DNA of 64,000 nucleotides from positions 4,084 through 68,083 of IMG/VR virus record IMGVR_UViG_3300025168_000074; one strand, written 5' to 3'. This document shows positions 8,130 to 16,199 of the stretch, in pieces. The notes under the pieces were generated by a model, which saw only the letters and a list, made by a program, of their open reading frames with translations, did not search any database and was not told the DNA's origin. Made by a program: the position numbers and the translations under genes. Within the stretch, counting starts at the first letter, position 1; every line of letters begins with the position of its first letter. This stretch comes from a virus.

Positions 8130-9992
8130 ATGAATTTAAAAAACCTTTTTAATAACCGTAACAAGAATTTCGCTCGTTTAAACGAGGCAGGTGACTACTT
8201 AGGTCGTCGTCTAAGAGAAAATTTAGTTATTTACGATATAGATGACTCGAATAATCGAGTTACTTATGTAACAGAGTCTAGTAACCTTATCTCTTGTCAT
8301 TACAAGGAAACAAACAATAAGCTTACCTTAGAAAACTTTAATATTGCAGGTCTAGACGAAATAATGTCGGACGACGCAGTAGACACTCAGGTCCAAGGTA
8401 ATATCCATCAGTTTGTAACAGGTCTTGTAGATGACAGGTACGACAAAGCAGAATCTTCTTTTGATGCAATTGTCGAAAGTTTTACTATGAGAGCTAAAAT
8501 TGAGGAGTCTCGTAAGAAGCTTAACAAGAAAATAGCTCGCTTTGGTGAAGCATACAACATAACCGAGACTAAGTCGTTCAGTAAGTTCGAAGAAATCTCT
8601 CCTATGCTTGAGAAGTTCTTACAAGAAAATATGGAAGACCTACAGGCTAACAGTAAGCTTATCGAAGGTCTACGTCTATCTAAGGTGGTAGGCGACACTT
8701 ACGACCTCCCAAGACTAACTCTTGAAGGTTTGTCTAACGAGTTTATCGTAGTCCCGAGCAATACCCAAAAAACACTATACGAAATGGTATGCGAAAAAGA
8801 GTTAGTGCGTAAGGAGCTTATGGAATCCAAGGAATCATTCTCGCGCATGTGGGCACGTAACGGACATATCTCTAACCTAGCTTCTAATATTTACTCAACG
8901 GATGCGATAATTAAATCTGCGTTGCAAGAGGCTGTTTTGGATATTCCATATATCGCTCTATCCAACAAAGTGGATTTATCAACAGTTATGGAATCTGTAT
9001 TCCATATTACCAACCCAGGAACTATCTCTCAAAAAGATATTCGTGAGTTTGTTGGTAAGATTTACGAGTTTAAGAAGCCGTTAAAGGCTGAAGTTATTAC
9101 CGCTCTTAATGAGAAGTATGGTGTAAATGTCCAAAGCCTACGCTTTGTACCTTCTTTCAAAGGATTGGCTGAGGTTCAGTCTGAAATCTTTTCTATGTTA
9201 GGTGAGGCAGCTGGTGACGGTGTACTAGCGGATGTGCTTAAAGAGTTCTCCGTTTGTATGTCTCGCAAAGGTGGTGTGCAAGTTTTAGACATCTCTAACA
9301 TGCTTTCTAATATTATGAAAGAAGCTAACTTTACAGTAGTAGACATTGACGAAAACTTCGAGATGAAAAAGCTGTCTGATTACCTAAAGAACAATCTTCA
9401 GGATAACCAGTACTACGGTGATGACGATGACCTATCTAACGACCCAGGTGAAGGCAGTACCGCTAAGAAAGGTTCTAAGTCCAAAACTAAAAAGGGCGCT
9501 AAGGATTTTGAAACTAAGGACGGTAAGTCTAACTTCGGCGGCAACAAGGGCGATATAAAGTCTGCAGACCGTAAGGAAGATGACGACAGTAAGTTAACTG
9601 CTGACGAGAAGGGTGATATCGATGATAACGATAACGACCTACCTAACAATAAGGAAAAGAAAGGTAAGAAGCTTTCTAAGAAGCAAAAGGCAATGGATGG
9701 TGATGGCGACGGCGATATCGATGCCAAAGACCTAAAGAAGCTTCGTAAAGAAGGTGTAGCCGAGGCTGAGCGTGAAGTAGCGCAGGACGGGCAAAGTGAA
9801 GAGAAGTCTGAGAAAGATGCGGAAGATGTAGCTGCCTTTAACGACATGTTCAATAAAGTGCAAGATATCTCTAAGAGTATGAAGCTAGACTTGGAGCCAG
9901 ATGAAGAGGAAGCGGACTCAGCTGACCCAGACCCAACACCCGAAGAGGATGAAGAGGTAGAAGCAACTGAAGAAACCGAACCTACTCAGTAA
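8130..9992 (+). CDS. Hypothetical head-associated (prohead core-like) protein with charged disordered tail
   Basis: 620 aa directly after portal; CTATATA at 8100; D/E/K-rich C-terminus with EF-hand-like DGDGDGDIDAKDL. Confidence 0.65.
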   Translation: MNLKNLFNNRNKNFARLNEAGDYLGRRLRENLVIYDIDDSNNRVTYVTESSNLISCHYKETNNKLTLENFNIAGLDEIMSDDAVDTQVQGNIHQFVTGLVDDRYDKAESSFDAIVESFTMRAKIEESRKKLNKKIARFGEAYNITETKSFSKFEEISPMLEKFLQENMEDLQANSKLIEGLRLSKVVGDTYDLPRLTLEGLSNEFIVVPSNTQKTLYEMVCEKELVRKELMESKESFSRMWARNGHISNLASNIYSTDAIIKSALQEAVLDIPYIALSNKVDLSTVMESVFHITNPGTISQKDIREFVGKIYEFKKPLKAEVITALNEKYGVNVQSLRFVPSFKGLAEVQSEIFSMLGEAAGDGVLADVLKEFSVCMSRKGGVQVLDISNMLSNIMKEANFTVVDIDENFEMKKLSDYLKNNLQDNQYYGDDDDLSNDPGEGSTAKKGSKSKTKKGAKDFETKDGKSNFGGNKGDIKSADRKEDDDSKLTADEKGDIDDNDNDLPNNKEKKGKKLSKKQKAMDGDGDGDIDAKDLKKLRKEGVAEAEREVAQDGQSEEKSEKDAEDVAAFNDMFNKVQDISKSMKLDLEPDEEEADSADPDPTPEEDEEVEATEETEPTQ

Positions 9993-10209
9993 AGTAACCT
10001 TGTTTAGTCCAGTTAATAATATTGGATACAAATAAAGAACGCATAATAAGGAGCTCAGATATTAAATTATCGAGCTCCTTTATTGTTTCCTCAGTTACCA
10101 TCTTACTCTCACGCATATTTTTAAGCTGGTCTTCTAGCATAGTCAGCCTCTCCTTCGTATCGGGAGTGAAATCGTTTAGTTTCTTGGTTTCAATTTTTTT
10201 ATTTTTCAT
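9982..10209 (-). CDS. Small helical hypothetical protein
   Basis: 75 aa, GGAG upstream, overlaps helicase stop. Confidence 0.7.
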   Translation of the reverse strand: MKNKKIETKKLNDFTPDTKERLTMLEDQLKNMRESKMVTEETIKELDNLISELLIMRSLFVSNIINWTKQGYFTE

Positions 10210-11554
10210 GTTTAATCTCCAGTCCTAAGGACTTGTAGGATTTAATCCTTTCCTTAGCGTGTTTTTCGAGGTAAGGGGCTCGGTCAAAGAAGTCGTATAT
10301 AAATACTTGGTTTTTAGATTTATGTATTCGTAACGCACGACCCATCGCTTGAAGGGTAGCAATCTCAGACTTCAATCCACGAGCGTTAATCAAGTGAGTG
10401 ATTTCTGGGATGTCAATTCCGGTTTGCATAATAGTTGTGCCTATCAAAACAGAGACTTTGTCATCCTTAAAGGCGTTAATAGTCTTTTTTCGAGTAGCAA
10501 GGTCATCTTTCCCCTCTAATTTAAAGGAGTTAGGGATTCGTTGGTGTAGAATCTCAGCATGCTTCAGGTCTTTTACTATTATAAGAGTTCTCGACCGGTT
10601 TTTTTGTATTTTTTCTGTTAATTCCACAATCATATCATTGCGAATATCATTTTCAGTCACAAATTTCTCGTACACCTCTCGATATGACAGTTCTGTGTCC
10701 TCCACAGTACCTGTATCCTTCATAGGAATTATCTGGATGATTGGTTCAGTAAGGAATCCGTCGTCAATCAGACCTTTAGCATCAACCTCTTCAATCACTC
10801 TACCTAATCCTGAGATAAGGTTAAGACGGCTCATCGGGTCACGGGGTACGGTTGCCGTCATTCCAATTCTATAAGCTGCGTTAGGGAAGGACTTTATAAC
10901 TTTTGTGGCTACTTTTCCTTTAGCAAACTCATGCACTTCATCAAAGATTATAAAATCGGAGGTTTTTAGATGAGTATCAATAACTTTGTCAATTGACTGC
11001 ACAGTGCATAAGGTCATGGGTTTAATAATAACGCCATCTCCGAAAGCTAACCCTACATCAATACCCCATTTACGTAGGTCATCATAGGTTTGTTTGAGCA
11101 ACTGTTTCTTTGTGAAGAAAATTAAACCGGTCTTACCCTCCAAAGCTTTCAGGATACCCCCTAAAATTAAAGTCTTGCCCGCGCCCGTAGGAGCTTTAAT
11201 AATACAACCTTTAGCTTCTAAAGCATTTCTAACCATTGATTCCTGGTAATCACGTAAGGTAATACCTGGTAATTCGATGTCATCTGAGTGGGTAGCATTA
11301 CGAGAATCCTCTATTTTGTAGTCTATACCTAAATAAGTGAGGTCTTCCTCTATATGAGATAAAAGACCCGTACCAAACTTACCAGTTTTAGAAGAGAAGA
11401 ACGCTTTCTCCCCATTCCAACCATGTTTTCTGTACGCAGCAGAATAGTTGTACCCAGGAACCTTAGCACTATACTTCTTTTCTAATGTTGTTAATAATTT
11501 TTTATTATCTGTTTTTAAAATAGATAAACTATTATTGATAATTATTGTTACCAT
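10199..11554 (-). CDS. uvsW: Superfamily 2 DNA helicase (UvsW-like)
   Basis: LRDYQ, APTGAGKT, DEVH, GMTAT, TGIDIP, QAMGRALR. Confidence 0.92.
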   Translation of the reverse strand: MVTIIINNSLSILKTDNKKLLTTLEKKYSAKVPGYNYSAAYRKHGWNGEKAFFSSKTGKFGTGLLSHIEEDLTYLGIDYKIEDSRNATHSDDIELPGITLRDYQESMVRNALEAKGCIIKAPTGAGKTLILGGILKALEGKTGLIFFTKKQLLKQTYDDLRKWGIDVGLAFGDGVIIKPMTLCTVQSIDKVIDTHLKTSDFIIFDEVHEFAKGKVATKVIKSFPNAAYRIGMTATVPRDPMSRLNLISGLGRVIEEVDAKGLIDDGFLTEPIIQIIPMKDTGTVEDTELSYREVYEKFVTENDIRNDMIVELTEKIQKNRSRTLIIVKDLKHAEILHQRIPNSFKLEGKDDLATRKKTINAFKDDKVSVLIGTTIMQTGIDIPEITHLINARGLKSEIATLQAMGRALRIHKSKNQVFIYDFFDRAPYLEKHAKERIKSYKSLGLEIKHEK

Positions 11555-11595
11555 AATACTATTATAGTATTAAAGTTTTTATAACTTATAAAATT

Positions 11596-12528
11596 ATGAC
11601 TCAACCTAATAAAGAAAAATCTCTTATCGACCTTGCAAAAGAACATCTAGATAATGTGGGGGCTGACCCTGCACAAGGTGTTAGTGTTCCTGACGCACCT
11701 TCAACATCAGCGTCGGAGAGGGTAGAAATACCTGCAGAAGACCTAAAGTTTAATACTCCGAAAGAGGAACCTAAAGAGGTGATTAAAGACGCGTTTGATG
11801 GTACTGTTGCATCTGCTGTAAGTGACCTTCTTAAAAATATAACGGGAGGTGATGAATGGGTATCCTTAAACCTTCCTTCCCAAGGAAAATCATACCGTGA
11901 CCACAACGGTACAGTTAAAATTAAAGCTTTTACGTACCGTGAGGAAAAGAAGCTACGGAGCATTAAAAAAGTAAACCAGGCTAATAATGTGATAAAATCT
12001 TTATTTGAGGATTGTGTACAGGGGTTAGATTACGACTCAATGACTTTACAGGACAAAAACTTTATTTTATTTAAGTTGCGCGAGATTTCTTACGGCGATA
12101 AATATGTAATCTCAGCCGAGTGTCCAGATTGTTCTGCAGAAAACAACTTAAATCTCCTTATTAGTGAAATTCCGGTTGAGTACGCCGCTGATGATTTCGA
12201 AGAGCCGTTGGAAATAACTCTCCCAGACAGTGACCAGGTGGTTAAGTACGTTTCCCCCCGGGCAAAAGATGAACCTTATATGGAAGATATGGTAACACTT
12301 ACAGAAAATCTATGGCGTTTCGCATTATCAGTAGGGACACATGCGGATAAAAATATTTTACGTCAATTCTTTGAGAAGACCACTGTTAGGGATATTGCCT
12401 TTTTCCGTGAAAATCTATCAAAAAGCCACTATGGGTTTACGAAAAAGGTTGCTTTTGATTGCGCGAACTGTGGGGAGACCACAGAGACGTTTGTACCGTT
12501 TAACGAGTCTTTTTTCTCCGTGAGCTAG
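11596..12528 (+). CDS. Baseplate hub/tail assembly chaperone (T4 gp26-like)
   Basis: LPSQG, FTYREEKKL, DKNFILFKLREISYG, two CxxC pairs (CPDC, CANC), terminal FF. Confidence 0.8.
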   Translation: MTQPNKEKSLIDLAKEHLDNVGADPAQGVSVPDAPSTSASERVEIPAEDLKFNTPKEEPKEVIKDAFDGTVASAVSDLLKNITGGDEWVSLNLPSQGKSYRDHNGTVKIKAFTYREEKKLRSIKKVNQANNVIKSLFEDCVQGLDYDSMTLQDKNFILFKLREISYGDKYVISAECPDCSAENNLNLLISEIPVEYAADDFEEPLEITLPDSDQVVKYVSPRAKDEPYMEDMVTLTENLWRFALSVGTHADKNILRQFFEKTTVRDIAFFRENLSKSHYGFTKKVAFDCANCGETTETFVPFNESFFSVS

Positions 12529-12704
12529 TTGTTCGAGGGGAGAACCTAGCGTCTGAAGTATACTCCTTAATAAAACATGCCAACTTTACCCTTCATGATA
12601 TGTATCTTATGACGGGGGAGGAGAGGGGTGAGTTTATGAATTTATTGGTTGAGGAAAGCAATCGAGAGAAAGAAGCAATTGACTCTGCTAGGTCCTCTAA
12701 ATAA
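12504..12704 (+). CDS. gp51-like ORF without a proper start, probably a -1 frameshift extension of the gp26-like gene
   Basis: -1 frame open 12504-12704: ...RELVVRGENLASEVYSLIKHANFTLHDMYLMTGEERGEFMNLLVEESNREKEAIDSARSSK*; slippery T TTT TTC at 12510-12516. Confidence 0.75.
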   Translation, partial: RVFFLRELVVRGENLASEVYSLIKHANFTLHDMYLMTGEERGEFMNLLVEESNREKEAIDSARSSK

Positions 12705-12711
12705 ATAAGAC

Positions 12712-13698
12712 ATGACTACTTTCAACGATATCACTGTAATCAACAGAGCAAACCGCCCTTCTCCTATCAGCCCATGTAAACTAGATTTTATATGGATTAA
12801 GGATGGTAGTTACCAGAATCCTTTTCAGGTATGCTCAGTACATATTTTCCCAAATACACAGTTTGGGTCTCCTAACCCTTACGTCAACCTAACCGCAGGG
12901 AATGCCAGCTATGGTTTGGTTAGCTCTACCGCCACGGAATACATTTTCCGTAACTATAAGCGTAATGATGTTGGTGACCGAATTGGGTTTGATGCTAATG
13001 TTAGTGCGTGTGCAGAAGAACCCGATTATGTTGGCGGAAATTCCGCTAGTGCTATTTTTAATACTAGCCCAGGTAATTTTTCCGTAATTCTACAGCCAGA
13101 GGCAGATTACTTTCCTACTACAGCGCCTGCTAATGCTTGGTTACCTGTGTCGAGTAACACCGCGTCCGCGACAGGAGATTATTTAGATATTTGGACACTA
13201 GTGGACGTTGAGGGTTCTCGCGCACAGATTTACGTCAACTCTTTTAAATTAAATTCTAACTCTAACGTGGCACTAACCCAACCTTTGTTGGTAACCCCGA
13301 CAAACAAACTGATTCAACGTTACGTAGAGGTAGGGAGCAAGGAAAAGCTTCGCGTTAAAACCGAATTGGTTGTAGATAATGAGCCTATTACGAACGACCT
13401 TCGCAACCTGCTAGAAACCGGTTCACTTCTTTCTAAACCACAGATGCGAATCGTTAAGCTGAATGAGAGCCCTGAATTAACTAGCAGGGTAGTGGTTCAG
13501 GAATTCGGGGACACTTCGGGTAGTATACAACTAGACTCACAAAACCTAATAAGCTACCTTTGGAATACCGAGACGATTGTCCCGAAATATGAAGATGATA
13601 TTTTAGGTGGTTCTAGAGGAGTGTACGAAATCACTGTAAAATATGATATTTTAACAGAGAGTTTTTACAGCCCTAAGTTTAAGTTAATAGTGAGGTAG
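12712..13698 (+). CDS. Hypothetical protein, probable virion structural protein
   Basis: 328 aa, beta-rich composition, CTAAATA at 12697 upstream. Confidence 0.65.
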   Translation: MTTFNDITVINRANRPSPISPCKLDFIWIKDGSYQNPFQVCSVHIFPNTQFGSPNPYVNLTAGNASYGLVSSTATEYIFRNYKRNDVGDRIGFDANVSACAEEPDYVGGNSASAIFNTSPGNFSVILQPEADYFPTTAPANAWLPVSSNTASATGDYLDIWTLVDVEGSRAQIYVNSFKLNSNSNVALTQPLLVTPTNKLIQRYVEVGSKEKLRVKTELVVDNEPITNDLRNLLETGSLLSKPQMRIVKLNESPELTSRVVVQEFGDTSGSIQLDSQNLISYLWNTETIVPKYEDDILGGSRGVYEITVKYDILTESFYSPKFKLIVR

Positions 13699-14662
13699 CA
13701 GTTAGCTCCCAGTTTGCCTTAAATATATTGGCATACACATACGTTTCAAAATCTTTACGATTTGAGGCTACCCAGAAGTCATTCCAGTCTTTATAGTGTT
13801 TCGGAGGACGTAAAGCGTAGATGTCATTAGTGCGTTGGGTCAGAAGTCTCTTCTTAGCCTCAGTAAAGCCCTCCTGACCGCTTTCGTCGTTATCGTACGC
13901 AAGTATTACTCTTTTACCTTTAAGCTCCTTAGCTTGGACGGTAGACATCTTACAGCCCTGAGTACACGTAGCGTTGAAACCTGCTGCCCGTAAGGACATA
14001 GCATCTAAAGGACCTTCCGTAACCATTACATACTCTAGAGACTTATCGTAGGGGTACAGTACTTCTGATGTCTTAATACCGTACAAACCCTTGCTCGGGT
14101 TTAGATACTTAGGGTCACGATTTATAAGGGTACGAGCTTGGAAGTAAAAACAACCTTTCTTATCAATGTAAGGAATTATGATTCTCTGAAAGTAGCGCCC
14201 CTTCTTTCCAACGTAGAATTTAAAAGAAGCGAGTTTGCGGGAGATAGCAAAGTTAGAAGCTAACCGCTTTAGAGTGTTCGTAGACTTTATATCCTTTTTA
14301 GGGTCTACCTCAATCCAGTCCTCCATATCACCCTCGATAGTCCGCTCCACAGAAATAGCTTCATTCTCCACATTCAGGGTAGATACTTCAAAGAGATTAA
14401 CTCCCTTATCAAACGCAATCCTATTTACAAAGGAACGAGCTGCGGGATACGGGACATTCTCTACGTGCGAGATAAGTTGGAGGAAGTTTCCTTTTTCCCC
14501 AGATTTGAAGTCAGTCCATAATCCCGTATCCAGGTTAATATAGAGCTTATGCTTGTCGTCGTCGGCAAAGATTGAATTAATACGGAATTCCCGCCCTGCG
14601 GAGGTATTTTCTGTAAATTTTTCAGACAAATAGTCTTTAATAATAGCTGGAGGAACATTCAT
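13679..14662 (-). CDS. DNA primase (DnaG/TOPRIM type)
   Basis: RIIIP, FQAR, PKYLN, VTEGPLDAMS, AYDNDESG (DxD), KDWND. Confidence 0.9.
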   Translation of the reverse strand: MNVPPAIIKDYLSEKFTENTSAGREFRINSIFADDDKHKLYINLDTGLWTDFKSGEKGNFLQLISHVENVPYPAARSFVNRIAFDKGVNLFEVSTLNVENEAISVERTIEGDMEDWIEVDPKKDIKSTNTLKRLASNFAISRKLASFKFYVGKKGRYFQRIIIPYIDKKGCFYFQARTLINRDPKYLNPSKGLYGIKTSEVLYPYDKSLEYVMVTEGPLDAMSLRAAGFNATCTQGCKMSTVQAKELKGKRVILAYDNDESGQEGFTEAKKRLLTQRTNDIYALRPPKHYKDWNDFWVASNRKDFETYVYANIFKANWELTATSLLT

Positions 14663-15449
14663 GTTTATTAATAAGGTATCACCCAGTAAGATTAAAGTCT
14701 ACGACGAATGCAAATTGAAGTATAAATTCAAATATATTGACTATTTGCAGGAAAAGTCCACTAATACGGACGCCCTACAGTTTGGCTCATACATTCATAA
14801 GATTTTCGAGGACGGCGTTAAAGCTACCTCTGAAGAGGAGTTGCATCAAGTGGCAGAGTCACTTAGGTCGAATTACAAGTTCGATAAAGAGCGAGAAAAT
14901 AAGATAGAGATTTGTATAACTAATTTTCTAAATTTTAACAACTCGCTATCAAGCTGTGAGCAAATCGCAACCGAGCAGGTATTCGCAGTAGAGCTGAAAC
15001 AAGGTTACGCCGTAAACGGTATTATTGACCGCGTGGTAAAAAGCGAAGACGGTAATTATCTAGTTATCGACTACAAAACCAGTAAAAGACCTTCTACTAA
15101 AAGAGACCTGATAAAAGACCCTCAAATGTTATTGTATGCTTACGCAATCTCTAACCTTTACACGGTACCTATTTCTTCAGTAACTCTAGCTCATTACTAT
15201 CCTCATCTCGATAAGCTGGTACACATTAAATTTTCTGAGGCACATGTATTAATGTACATGAGAAAGCTAACACAGCAAATTTGGGAGATTAGGAAGAAAA
15301 AAAAGGACGAGTTCTTTCCCCAAGTAAACCAATTCTGTAATTGGTGTGGGTATAAGGATATGTGTCCTAAACAGAATCCTACAAGTCACTTAGCTGAACA
15401 TGCTGAAGCTATGAAGAACAAGAAGCCTAGAAAGAAGTTTAATACTTAA
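14661..15449 (+). CDS. PD-(D/E)XK exonuclease, RecB/AddB/Cas4-like with Fe-S cysteines
   Basis: SPSKI..YDEC, FGSYIH, GIIDRV, VIDYKT, QMLLYA, CNWCGYKDMC; GGAGG upstream. Confidence 0.88.
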   Translation: MFINKVSPSKIKVYDECKLKYKFKYIDYLQEKSTNTDALQFGSYIHKIFEDGVKATSEEELHQVAESLRSNYKFDKERENKIEICITNFLNFNNSLSSCEQIATEQVFAVELKQGYAVNGIIDRVVKSEDGNYLVIDYKTSKRPSTKRDLIKDPQMLLYAYAISNLYTVPISSVTLAHYYPHLDKLVHIKFSEAHVLMYMRKLTQQIWEIRKKKKDEFFPQVNQFCNWCGYKDMCPKQNPTSHLAEHAEAMKNKKPRKKFNT

Positions 15450-15754
15450 ATAAGGTCTTTCTTCTGAGACATGTATTTTTTATCCTCATACACAAGAGGG
15501 TAATATTCCTCTATTGATATTAACCTGAAAAAGTCTACAACCTCTGTAGTAGAATATTTATATTTTTTTGTATAGGTAGATAATAAGGATGATAACTTCA
15601 AAGGTCTTTCAGTCTTTACTGAGTTCAATACTTTAGACTGAAACACTTCTATAAAGTGAGTACTAAACCTATACCTCCATTTTTCTTTAAACTTCAAAGA
15701 CAAACAGTAATCTATTTGCTCTAGGAATTCAGACAACACTAATTCATCGCTCAT
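15446..15754 (-). CDS. Hypothetical protein
   Basis: 102 aa ORF filling the space between two + genes, AT-rich leader. Confidence 0.65.
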   Translation of the reverse strand: MSDELVLSEFLEQIDYCLSLKFKEKWRYRFSTHFIEVFQSKVLNSVKTERPLKLSSLLSTYTKKYKYSTTEVVDFFRLISIEEYYPLVYEDKKYMSQKKDLI

Positions 15755-15808
15755 AATTTATTTAATATATATAATATAGTCGAAGCTTATCCAGTTCTGA
15801 CGTAAAAA

Positions 15809-16195
15809 ATGGTAAAAAATAAAAAAACTCTGTTTCTGGGCACCACCAAGAAGCTCCCCTTTCAGGATACAGCTAAAAAACAGCCTAAAATGTCTCCTGG
15901 AGGTTGTTTGTTCACCTTCAAGTATAGAGCGAGGGACGGACGTGACCCATCACCCTTCATTATTATGGTGTCAGGACGATGGAAAGCTAAAAATGGCGGT
16001 ACTTATTTTAATGGGGTAAATTTAAAGACTTTAGGTGCTACAGCTAGAGCCAGGGTAATCCTTGAGTTTGGCGCTTTACCTGTAGGGTCAGTATCGTACA
16101 ATGATATCCAGGCTGTAGCCGGTCAGGACCCTGAATGCTGTATCAGGACGTATAACGTTAGGAAGGTAAGAGCCCTACATAAGGTAGGAAACTAA
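15809..16195 (+). CDS. Putative DNA end protector (T4 gp2-like)
   Basis: FTFKY...DPSPFIIMV...FNGVNL...CIRTY pattern resembles gp2 family. Confidence 0.6.
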   Translation: MVKNKKTLFLGTTKKLPFQDTAKKQPKMSPGGCLFTFKYRARDGRDPSPFIIMVSGRWKAKNGGTYFNGVNLKTLGATARARVILEFGALPVGSVSYNDIQAVAGQDPECCIRTYNVRKVRALHKVGN

Positions 16196-16199
16196 AACT

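Noticed and set aside
12526-12531. TAG read-through of the gp26-like gene
   Set aside because: The gp51-like peptide is in the -1 frame, not in frame
14661-15449. CRISPR-Cas adaptation module
   Set aside because: Only a solo Cas4-like nuclease; no cas1/cas2 or array in the window
15446-15754. gp33-like late co-activator
   Set aside because: Size fits, but no convincing motif match by eye
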